Below are positions 23,560-34,149 of a stretch of 44,032 bases of DNA, piece by piece. The position numbers and the translations under genes are program-made. Location: the NCBI RefSeq assembly GCF_001194135.2, contig NC_068995.1:53141303-53185334 (forward strand), in the 5' to 3' direction. Every line of letters starts with the position of its first letter. Position 1 is the stretch's first letter. The notes below the pieces were generated by a model that worked only from the letters and a program-made list of their open reading frames with translations, had not been told where the DNA came from and did no database searches. The DNA comes from Octopus bimaculoides (lineage: Eukaryota).

Positions 23560-24135
23560 AATCTTTCCAATATTTCAGGCAAAATGTGTCGCTTGTTGGC
23601 CACGTAGCAGCTAACAGGCTAAGTAGGAGTTTATGGTTGTGCTGTATCGCCATGCTATTTGTCACCATCTTATTGTTTTTGCGTTTAGCTTAGATTTTAG
23701 AAGTTCAATATCTAATTCCTTCAGAGACTATCGCTGGTGCACTAGTCATCGATTTTCTAACTATGTACCATTATAATCAATATGTTACATAGCAGCTGCT
23801 CTTGATGCACTGGAAAGACAACTGGCAGCGTAGGTAACTGTCGTTTGAAACTATTCCACTGACACCAATAACCACCATCTTTTCTTGGTATGTTCAGTTG
23901 CTGGGTGTCTGAATTAACTTGTAATTTAATTAACATAGAATTAATGATGCTAAGAGTGACGTTTTCTAGTGGTACTGTCAATAAACTAGTTACTGTGCTT
24001 CACTCCAATACTACAGAATCACATATTATAACTGGCTTTTGTAAATGTGTTAATTATATTTGTGCTACAGAGATGAGTTTTAAACCATCTTTTTTTATGA
24101 CTGTTAAAATATTAATTTCTCTTTGGCAATCGCCC
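23560..24135 (-). pseudogene. Fossil C-terminal reverse-transcriptase region of an RLE-type non-LTR retrotransposon
   Basis: The - strand translation across frameshifts gives KEK..KTHLCSTNIINTF..PVI..LE*STVT..NSDTQQLNIPRKDGG..EQLL..HG. This parallels KEK..KTELNAKNKI..INT..PV..INWT..SD..RLYIPRKDGG..LL..HGKY of the same clade as the 17.4-18.0 kb fragment. ORF-track entry 23757-23981 is part of it. Confidence 0.65.
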
Positions 24136-24204
24136 AACAAATAGTTTTATTATCGATCGCACATACACAACGTATGCATTTTGTTTATTCGCCGAATTTA
24201 CTGC

Positions 24205-24540
24205 GGGATAGCACTTAGGGAGACTTCCTAATAACGCTGGGATCGAGCCCAAAGGTAGTAGGTATCGGTATTTCACCGTTATTGTGGATTATCAACACCA
24301 AGCACTGGTATCGAAGCGATGACGCATCGCCGTGGCACATCATCAAATAGTTTCCACACTACTTGTATACAGTCATAAACTGGGGATTCAATTCATCTTC
24401 AGTTCGAGCCAGATGCGACAATAATGGTGAAATATCGATATCCACCACACTTAGGTTTGATCCGAGGCGAGTTGTCTCACCTGGTCTATGACTTTCAGAT
24501 GTTTTAATACCCAGCGTTATTAGGGAGCCTAATAGTTCCT
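24205..24540 (+). other. Unique long fold-back element; candidate structured ncRNA or foldback transposon
   Basis: Nested helices: 24224-24241/24510-24527 (18 bp), 24242-24249/24454-24461 (8 bp), 24261-24285/24418-24442 (25 bp) and 24302-24315/24403-24416 (13 bp), plus apical hairpins. Confidence 0.6.
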
Positions 24541-25164
24541 GGTTGTTGTGTTTTAATGAGACAACCCAACAGAAAATAAGGTAACAGTCAATTACTTACG
24601 TCGATGAATTAACTACTTCACCATTTTTAGTATTCTTGTTTGTGGATATTCTCATTTTAAAAATCATCTCTGGCTATTCGTTGAGAGGACATTGGTGTTG
24701 CCTTGGCAGAGGTTTGTGCTCTCTGAGTAATCGATTTAACGCGCCCACCTCGAAATTGCTGGCTTTGTGTCAAAATTTGAAACCAGTTATTATTTATAGT
24801 AGCAACAGCAACAGTAGCAGTAGTAGTAGTAGTAGTCGCAGCAACAGCAGCAGCTACAACACTTATGATGCTATTTTTGGTTTGGTAATTATTCTAGTTA
24901 TCATTACGCTGTCCTCATCATCATCATCATCACCATCGTCATCATCATCATCACCGTCATCACCATCGCCCTCACCTTCAGCATTGTTCGACTTCGTCAT
25001 TGTCACACTGAATATTCGACAGTAAATATTACTCTTTTATGTATAAGATGACATTTCGTTTTTGACATTTATCCTTCATAATTCATTTAGTTAAGGGGTT
25101 GACTTGTCACTAATGCCCTAGGATTGGTACCAGTGTAGATTTCGGTATATACTTACCACACACA

Positions 25165-25652
25165 NNNNNNNNNNNNNNNNNNNNNNNNNNNNNNNNNNNN
25201 NNNNNNNNNNNNNNNNNNNNNNNNNNNNNNNNNNNNNNNNNNNNNNNNNNNNNNNNNNNNNNNNNNNNNNNNNNNNNNNNNNNNNNNNNNNNNNNNNNNN
25301 NNNNNNNNNNNNNNNNNNNNNNNNNNNNNNNNNNNNNNNNNNNNNNNNNNNNNNNNNNNNNNNNNNNNNNNNNNNNNNNNNNNNNNNNNNNNNNNNNNNN
25401 NNNNNNNNNNNNNNNNNNNNNNNNNNNNNNNNNNNNNNNNNNNNNNNNNNNNNNNNNNNNNNNNNNNNNNNNNNNNNNNNNNNNNNNNNNNNNNNNNNNN
25501 NNNNNNNNNNNNNNNNNNNNNNNNNNNNNNNNNNNNNNNNNNNNNNNNNNNNNNNNNNNNNNNNNNNNNNNNNNNNNNNNNNNNNNNNNNNNNNNNNNNN
25601 NNNNNNNNNNNNNNNNNNNNNNNNNNNNNNNNNNNNNNNNNNNNNNNNNNNN
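25165..25652. other. Assembly gap
   Basis: N run. Confidence 0.99.
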
Positions 25653-25788
25653 TAGGAAGTCAGCCATACACCCGTGTATATTTAATATACACCCGTGTAT
25701 ATTAACGAAAGAATATTTAATTACGGTAATCTACGAAGTGCAAAGAGGCTTGTGGCTGATCTACGTCGATAATGAATAGTTGCTAGCT

Positions 25789-25863
<75 letters not shown>
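25789..25863. repeat. (TAG)n microsatellite
   Basis: Directly visible. Confidence 0.99.
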
Positions 25864-25864
<1 letters not shown>

Positions 25865-25872
25865 CGTTACTG

Positions 25873-26088
25873 TTGTTGGCGGAATCGTTGGCGGAACCGT
25901 TGGCACTCCGGACGAAATGCTTAGCGGTATTTCGTCTGTCTTTACGTTCTGAGTTCAAATTCCGCCGAGGTCGACTTTGCCTTTCCTCCTTTCGAGGTCG
26001 ATAAATTAAGTACCAGTTACGTAATGGAGTCGATCTAATCGACTGACCCCCTCCCCCAAAATTTCGGGCCTTGGCCTAGAGAAGAATA
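25873..26088 (+). mobile_element. Near full-length SINE family A
   Basis: Head, B-box-like GAGTTCAAATTCC, body, and tail TTTCGGGCCTTGGCCTAGAGAAGAAT. Confidence 0.93.
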
Positions 26089-26099
26089 TTTCCAGGCTT

Positions 26100-26330
26100 T
26101 GCACTGTCTCATAATACATTCTCCTATAATTTCCACGAAGGTGCTGGTATGTAGTTGCTCGTTCTGCTAGAAATAGAAGCCGATATCTATCAAATCACAG
26201 CATTCATTCTTAAACACCATAGGTCGTATTAGATAATGCAGCAATGGTCACATTTGGAACGTCTTATCTTTCGTCACAGCTCTGCTCAGTTCTGCTTCAA
26301 TCACAACGGAACTGGAGCCAAACAACAATA
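26100..26330 (+). mobile_element. Interspersed repeat family E (unclassified, probably a SINE/LINE tail)
   Basis: The motif CTGCTAGAAATAGAAGCC..ATCT.TCAAATCACA recurs at ~33810 and ~41385. Confidence 0.55.
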
Positions 26331-26754
26331 ACAATAGAACCAGCAACATCAACTACGCATGCCTATTGCGAATAAGGTAAACAAGTTCAATTCTATCGCT
26401 AATATTATATATTATAATGGGATCTGACTTATATGGTTTGAAAGAATTTCGACCTTTCAATTGAACTAGACTGCTATAGAATAACATAATTAAAGCAATC
26501 TAAAAAAACTGAAATTTATCCATCTGCTCCTTCCCAAACCCAAACGATTATAGATAATTAGCAGATAAAAACAATACCTCGTGTTTTGACATTTACTTTT
26601 GCCATGACGCATTTATTCAAATTTCTTTATTTCGTTTCTTTTTTTTCCTTTGTTTTGTTTTTGTTTTTGATTTCCAATTTCTGACAAGCAGACGACACAG
26701 GAAAAAACTATGCTGCTGGTTGAAAATTCAAATAGGAAGGAGGGGAAAAAAGGA

Positions 26755-26766
26755 CTACTACTACTA

Positions 26767-26813
<47 letters not shown>
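26755..26813. repeat. (CTA)n-(CTG)n microsatellite
   Basis: Directly visible. Confidence 0.98.
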
Positions 26814-26815
<2 letters not shown>

Positions 26816-27404
26816 AAATAAGAAAGAGCAGGTTATTGATAAAACAAAGATAATATACGATTATCATTAACCTTTATGTTGCTAGCTAGAACTTCTCGAA
26901 AGTCCTATAAATTAATTTAGATTAATTCTCTTGAATTAAAGATTAATAAATGAGAGTCTACTAAACAAAGAGAATACTTAATAATAGAATTCACTATTGT
27001 CCAATGACCATATTGCAAGACACATGTTATGAACATCAACTCACTGTTTTCTTTATATTTCACCAGAAGATAACAGAAACGGCTTTAGAATCCTGTTTCT
27101 TATGACGCCGCCACGTGGAAAAAATCTTTAAAACAAAATAAACCTGGTCCGCCACCAATACCAAAGCATTGTCTTAGAAATAAGAATGATATTTATATAT
27201 TTATCAACCTTACTTTTTTCAACCAGAATTAATAATTTTGAAAGGTGTGAGTGAAATAATTTACATAAACATCAGAGATGCTGGAGAAACCCTGCATGTC
27301 TGAAACTATATATATAGCTTTAATTCACAAATAAAGAAATTCTATCCACCAACGTTGTGTTGAGCTCTCATTTTCATCGTTCGACATTTACGTGTGGTCT
27401 TTTA

Positions 27405-27792
27405 CTATTTTACTTGTTTCAGTCATTTGGCTGCCGCCATTATGGAGCACCGCCTTCAGTCGAACAAATCCCCCCCCCCCCCAGTATTTATTCTTTGTAA
27501 GCCTAGTACTTATTCTATCGTTATCTTTTGCCGAACTGCTACATTACTGAGACGTAAATACACCAGCATTGGTTGTCAAGTGATGGTGGGGGAACGAACA
27601 CAGATAAACAAAATCATCCATATATATATATATGACGGGCTTAGAATTTCCGTCTACCAAATCCACTCACAAAGATTTGGTCGGCCCGAGGTTATATAGC
27701 AGAAGACAGTTGCCCAAGATACCACGCAATGGGACTATACCCGGAACCATGCGGTTGGGAAGCAAGCTACTTACCGCACAGCCACACCTGCT
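27405..27792 (-). mobile_element. Composite SINE: family C (27630-27792), (TA)n linker, family B (27405-27600)
   Basis: Both modules are on the - strand in the same order as at 32365-32762. Confidence 0.88.
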
Positions 27793-27793
27793 C

Positions 27794-27857
<64 letters not shown>

Positions 27858-28224
27858 TATGTATGTATGCACACATACATATATATAAGTATGTATATGC
27901 ATGTATGTGTGTATGTGTGTATGCATATCTGTATGCATATATATATACATATACATGCATGGGAGTAAATTAGGTGTTGCATGCAAAGATGCTTTTATGA
28001 AAGTACAGGTTTCCAAATTGGAGTAACAGCTTGCTTTCTCCTTCTCTTGCATTATCATTCTCAATATTTCGGCCATATTATGTATTCGAATTAGTCTTCG
28101 TGTTTTGTATTGGCAGTAATGTGGTATGTTACAGGAAGATGTGATGGTAATGTTCTCCAAACAGCGTACCATTTCACCTGTTGTCGGAGAGCTATGGGCT
28201 CAATTGCCGACTGTTAGCCTAAAG

Positions 28225-28380
28225 CATATCGTTGACACAGACCGATAATCGATCAAATTGACCCGGAAGAATAAAAGTCAAACTCAACCTCGATGGAATT
28301 TGAACTCAAAACATAAAGAGCAGCTAAAAATACTGCAACGAAATTTGCCCAACGGTCTAACGGATCTGCTAATCCACCAG
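28225..28380 (-). mobile_element. Degenerate SINE family A
   Basis: AACCTCGATGGAATTTGAACTCAAAACATAAAG...CTAACGGATCTGC. Confidence 0.7.
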
Positions 28381-28712
28381 TTTTCGTGCAACAAGAGCAG
28401 ATCAACTGATTTAAAAGCCACAACGCTTAAATCACTGATTTAATAACAATTTTGGTCTTTACGCTTTTCTGTCTTTTGTTTGTTTCATTTGATTCTTTAC
28501 CTTTGTTAGTTTTCTCATTTGCTAATGTACTTGAAAGCTAGATAAAATTTAACATGGTGAGGTACATTGACGTCACACGGAAGCTTAATGTGTTCAGAAG
28601 AAAAAAGAAAAGATCGAAGACAAAGGCTTCTAGCCTGGCGTCATAATTCCTATTCTGACATGTTCCTCTAACTATCCACTAATTCATTATTTCCCTTTAT
28701 GCATCTCATTCC

Positions 28713-28759
<47 letters not shown>

Positions 28760-28946
28760 ACATACACACATCTACATACACACGCATATTCCTTCATCTC
28801 TCTCGTTTTCTTCTTTTCTTTTTCTCTTTCTTCCATTACCTTTATAGAGTAAAAGAAGGTTTTACTCATTCTTAAATGGTCGTGTGCAAATAATCAACCA
28901 TACGATATATGGATTGTGAAAACATATACACCAATGGACCACCGCA

Positions 28947-28988
28947 TATACGTTTTTACGATCCATTAATGGATCGTAAAAACGTATA
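28947..28988. repeat. Perfect 42-bp palindrome without spacer
   Basis: TATACGTTTTTACGATCCATT|AATGGATCGTAAAAACGTATA. Confidence 0.97.
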
Positions 28989-29581
28989 CACCAACCAGAA
29001 TAAAATCTAATCATTGATTTGGCCATCGAGGCGCCTCTTCTTTGGGGGTAATTTGTATCATGCGCAAATCTGAACGACTACGTTTATCTATAACAACGGC
29101 TAATATTCATAGAAAGATTTACACAGAGAAAGCTAAAGAAATTTCAAATCGCTTCTGCTATCTACAGTGTGCAACTGTATAGCCACTGCTATTTATAACT
29201 ATTTCGTTTCTGGATGAGATTGAGAATGGAATATCGTTATTATGGTGTCAAACCCCGATCTAGGTTTGTCCAACAGGCTATCGACAAAGCAAGCAGTGAC
29301 TCGTGCAGTGGAATACAGACACGTGACTTACATAATCACTTGATATCATCACAATAGATATAGATTATCAACCGGTTTTCCCCCTCATCCTTTCACTCCC
29401 TCTTTCACTATGTATCTATCTCCCTTCATAGGCGTCCTCATTTTCTGCTCAGTGATACTGGAAGGTTTGGCTCCCCCACTCACCTAATCCATGCAGTTGC
29501 TTGACCAAACGACCAGTTTTACAGGGTCGCCACAGCTTCTTTCTTTCTTTCTTATTTCAATCCCAATCCATACGTGCAAAG

Positions 29582-29631
<50 letters not shown>

Positions 29632-29679
29632 CGTATACCACGTACATGCATCATACGACTCATTATTTAAACAATAGGT

Positions 29680-29800
29680 TGATAATGATGATGATGACGA
29701 TGACGATGACGATGATGATAATGATGATGATAATGATGATGACGATGATGATGGTGATGGTGATGAAAATGATGATGATGACGATGGTGATGATGATGAG
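29680..29800. repeat. (GAT)n microsatellite, imperfect
   Basis: Directly visible; explains the poly-M ORF. Confidence 0.97.
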
Positions 29801-30679
29801 CATAGCGGAGGGGTAAAGTGATGGCGAAAATTTCAGATAGATGAACGAAAAATAAAAAGGAACAAATGGAACAAAATACAAACAGAAGCGAAAAGAGATC
29901 ACATTATAAAACAAAATAATAGCAGGGAGTTAGACAAACATGGCGAACATCAAAAAAAAGAAAGATGTTAGGTATGACGAAGGAAAGGTAGGAGAAAAGA
30001 AAAGGAGACGTTAATTGAGTGAATCCGATGGTTTAAGAAAAAAAAAAAGCCTTGTTTCCTATTCAGTAATTGCACACAAAGGATCGGCTGATCACGTGTA
30101 AAAATCTCCTGTGATTAGCTGCGCCTGCGCATGTCCAACATCTTTTTTGTTTCCTGTTTGTTTCATTCTGTTCCTATACAGTTATGGCTGTCCGCGTTCC
30201 TCCTGTTGTTGCTGTTGCTTTTGTACGTTGTTGTTTTTTTGTTGTTGTTGTTACTTCAGTTGCTTCTCTGCTTTATTTTTATCTTATATTATTCTATTTT
30301 TGTTTTGTTTTGGACCTTTTAATGTTTTATTTTGCTTGATTTCTTTCTTCCTGCGTTTCTCTATTATTTTGTTAAAGAAGACGCTACGTCCATTACTCGT
30401 ACTGTCCACTCGTACTAATCTATGGCGAAGCTACTGATGTACGAGTGCTGCTTGAATGCCCATATAACACTTGAAATAAAATAAAATATGGTTTGATAGA
30501 ACCATATACTTTACAAGCAATGCAAACTCTCTGCATTCTCTGGCTATTTTTTCCATCATTCTGCAAGCTGGTAGATATTCGACATAAAAAATAAGATTAC
30601 ACAGGTTAGAAAAAAAAAAGAAAAAGTGGGGGAAACTTTATCGTCGAACTTCGTTTATTTCATAAGTGTTACCATGGCT

Positions 30680-30780
30680 TTGCGGTTATGAAGCTGGCTT
30701 TACAATCAAGTGGTTTCAGGTTCAGTCCTACTGCGATTCAGGCCACATTTCACGCTGCTCTCTTCTAACCGCATCAGCCA
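30680..30780 (+). mobile_element. Degenerate family-C-like SINE head
   Basis: GCGGTTATGAAGCTGGCTT..AATCA..TGGTTTCAGGTTCAGTCCTACTGCG. Confidence 0.5.
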
Positions 30781-30867
30781 TATTGTTCTTCATCTCAGAC
30801 TAGTTTCTATGCTGTGCAGGTGGTCGAGATCATAACATTCCTACAGAACCGGTCGCGGTTCCGTTGC

Positions 30868-31072
30868 AGAAGAATTCAAGGCCAGTAATTTTGAGGGGAG
30901 GGGATAAGTCGATTACATTGACCCCAGTATTTGACTGGTACTTTTATTTCATCGGCGCCGAAGGGATGAAAAGCAGGTAAAATTGACCTCAGCGTGATTT
31001 GATCTCAGAACGCAAAGAGCGAGATGAAGGTCGCAAAGCATTTTGTCCGACCCACAAACGATTCTACCAGCT
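30868..31072 (-). mobile_element. SINE family A copy
   Basis: Family-A body on the - strand. Confidence 0.82.
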
Positions 31073-31139
31073 TACAGAATACGGGAGGATAGAATTTCCA
31101 ATTTCTAATTGATTAGACATGGTTTAATGATGATTTTCA

Positions 31140-31480
31140 GAATTTAACTGAGTGAGGCTTTCTGGACAGCTTTGCTGTTTGTTTGTTCCTTCTCGAGCCA
31201 TGCCTGGCTCAAAAGGGCCGGTTTCCCGGTTTCATTGGCGTATAGGTTCCCCACCTGCACGGGACGTCGGTCCGCCGCAGGTGAGCTGCAAGATGCGGGA
31301 GGAAAGAGTGAGAGAAAGCTGTGGCGGAAGAGTCGGAAGAAGTTCGCCATTACTTTCTGCCGGAGCCGCGTGGAGCTTAGGTGTTTCGCTCATAAACACA
31401 CACACTGCCCGGTCTGAGATTCGAACCCGCGATCCCACGACTGCGAGTCAGCTGCTTTAATCACTAGGTCATGTGCCTCC
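31140..31480 (-). mobile_element. tRNA-derived SINE (family D head) with V/Meta-type central domain
   Basis: The - strand carries B-box GGTTCGAATCTC and the domain CCTGCGGCGGACCGACGTCCCGTGCAGGTGGGG...GAAACCGGGAAACCGGCCC. Confidence 0.8.
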
Positions 31481-31554
31481 ACAACTTTACGAACTAATAT
31501 TTGCTTTCTCTCTTTCTCTGGCTGTCTTTCTTACACACACGCACACACACACAC

Positions 31555-31660
31555 ACTTTCTCTCTCTCTCTCTCTCTCTTTATCTCTCTCTCTTTCTCTC
31601 CCTCTCTTTCTTTCTCTCTCTCTCTCTTTCTCTCTCTCTCCCCCTCTCTCTCTCTTTCTG
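31555..31660. repeat. (CT)n microsatellite
   Basis: Directly visible. Confidence 0.97.
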
Positions 31661-31958
31661 TGTGTGTGAGTATGTATGTGTATCTCCAATGGTAATTTGT
31701 TGTTTTCTTAAATAAAAAAAAGTTTTCCCAAGCTACAATGTCGGATTTATGCCAGGTTCTTCTTGCGCCGAGTCGATGAACGCAGCACGGATTTCCGTAT
31801 CGTGATCCCGAGTCATTGATGAACATATCTGATTACAAAGTTGTTGAGAAAAGTAATTGATTTTGTTTATCAGGTCTGCGTGTGAGAGATGGATATGATG
31901 AAGGATCGATTGATTGAATCACAATGTTGTCGAACAATGTTTGTTGATAAATGGATAT

Positions 31959-31993
<35 letters not shown>

Positions 31994-32364
31994 NNNNNNN
32001 NNNNNNNNNNNNNNNNNNNNNNNNNNNNNNNNNNNNNNNNNNNNNNNNNNNNNNNNNNNNNNNNNNNNNNNNNNNNNNNNNNNNNNNNNNNNNNNNNNNN
32101 NNNNNNNNNNNNNNNNNNNNNNNNNNNNNNNNNNNNNNNNNNNNNNNNNNNNNNNNNNNNNNNNNNNNNNNNNNNNNNNNNNNNNNNNNNNNNNNNNNNN
32201 NNNNNNNNNNNNNNNNNNNNNNNNNNNNNNNNNNNNNNNNNNNNNNNNNNNNNNNNNNNNNNNNNNNNNNNNNNNNNNNNNNNNNNNNNNNNNNNNNNNN
32301 NNNNNNNNNNNNNNNNNNNNNNNNNNNNNNNNNNNNNNNNNNNNNNNNNNNNNNNNNNNNNNNN
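31994..32364. other. Assembly gap
   Basis: N run. Confidence 0.99.
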
Positions 32365-32541
32365 GCTGCGTGGTGCTTCCCAACCACATGGCTCCGGGTT
32401 CAGTCTCATTGCGTGGCACCTTGGGCAACTGTCTTCTACTATGACTTCGGGCTGACCAAACCCTTGTGAGTGGATTTGATAGACGGAAACTGAAAAAAGC
32501 CTGTCGTATATATGTGTGTGTATGAGTGTGTGTGTGAGTGA

Positions 32542-32573
<32 letters not shown>

Positions 32574-32762
32574 CCTCCACCACCATCGCTTAATAACCGA
32601 TGTTGGTGTGTTTACGCCCCCGTAACTTAGCGGTTCGGCAAATGAGTCCGATAGAATAAGTACCAGATCTACAAAGAATAAGTCCTGGGGGCGATTTCTT
32701 CGACTAAAAGGCGTTGCACCAGCATGGCCGCAGTCAAAATTACTGAAACAAGTAAAAGAAAA
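32365..32762 (+). mobile_element. Composite SINE: family C (32365-32510), (TG)n linker, family B (32575-32762)
   Basis: B-box-like GGGTTCAGTCTC and CORE GTGGCACCTTGGGCAACTGTCTT, then family B GTGTTTACGCCCCCGTAACTTAGCGGTTCGGCAAA...CAGCATGGCCGCAGTCAAA. Confidence 0.9.
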
Positions 32763-33284
32763 ACGAATATACGTACATACATACATACATACATATATTG
32801 AAAGGGTTGGTTACTATTGTGCATGGGAGACTGATTAGAACACATACAATTATATACACACATACATACGCACAGATGCATACACACAAGTACATACACA
32901 CATACACGTACAGAGAGAGAGAGAGAGAGAGTGAGAAAGAGAGAGAGGGAGAGGGAGAGAGAGGTGGAGAGAGACTAGCAATTGAAGAGCGTTAGATGCA
33001 CAAACAATCTGACATGGAATTCATTAAGGACAACGTAAAAAGCGATATCAGTCTCTATCAAGAGAAACAGAACAACGATGGTGAAATAAGAAAACAGAAC
33101 AGATTCAAAGTTATATTTGTTTTCATCATAAGGAAGGTAAGAAGATGCAGGATACTAAATAGATTACGGTGACCTCAGCACATCTGAATCCATAAACAAA
33201 TAAACAAGTTAAACCTTTTATTTGAAGAATGAAAGAAAATATAGTCAACAGATACTGGGATTTTGATACAGTTATCATTATTAT

Positions 33285-33290
33285 TGTTTA

Positions 33291-33364
<74 letters not shown>

Positions 33365-33367
33365 ACA

Positions 33368-33435
<68 letters not shown>

Positions 33436-33444
33436 TGTGTGTGT
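33285..33444. repeat. (TTA)n-(TG)n microsatellites
   Basis: Directly visible. Confidence 0.98.
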
Positions 33445-33769
33445 ATAAATTTTTTAAGGGATTTTCAGTAAAGGATTTTCAAGAAATCCCTGAGAATGGC
33501 ATTGATTATCAATAGTCAGTAATGGAGAAATTCAAACGAATTCCTTACTAAAATCAAACTTATACAATATCACCAATGAATGCATTGTTAAGATGGCGAC
33601 ATTCTTTCATCTAATTCTTTCTTCGGTTCTGATTATTCGCTAGGTAGCATTGTGTTATTCGTAGACCATTTTTTGTTTGTTTTTGTTTTTGTTTTATTCA
33701 TTTCTAACCAAACATTAAAGGCGAGATATTATATAGTGATAAAAGCCAATGAGGGCCAACAAGTGAACT

Positions 33770-33960
33770 GCATAATTTCACTTCTAAAGAAGTGAGCTCT
33801 TCTGTGGTCGTTTGACCAGCAAGAAATAGGAGTTAAATCTCTCATAAATCGCACACTTACTTCACTACAGAAAAATAGAACTAATAATACAAGAAAGTTC
33901 AAACAAGTATGATGGGATGATCGTTGCTGGAACACGCTTGATCACAGGTCTGTTCGATCA
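33770..33960 (+). mobile_element. Repeat family E copy
   Basis: TGGTCGTTTGACCAGCAAGAAATAGGAGTTAAATCTCTCATAAATCGCACAC. Confidence 0.5.
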
Positions 33961-34149
33961 GGAATAATGTGGAGCTAAACAAGCACAACAAGAACAATAA
34001 ATGTAAAGAAGAATGAAAGTGTGATGTTTGGAATTGACGTCAGTGGATGGCAGCAGAGGATAAAAGTCATTGCAGTATTTAATGGCGTCCCATCTGTCTC
34101 TGAGTTCAAGTCGGGCTCATCTGAAGGCATGTCTCTTGGCCTTTGTATG

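Noticed and set aside
24340-24402. CTGAAGA...GAAAC on the - strand within the fold-back
   Set aside because: Stem II closure and the NUH site do not fit a hammerhead.
31772-31786. GTCGATGAACGCAGC, similar to the 5.8S rRNA motif GTCGATGAAGAACGCAGC
   Set aside because: It needs a 3-nt deletion and the flanks do not match 5.8S rRNA.
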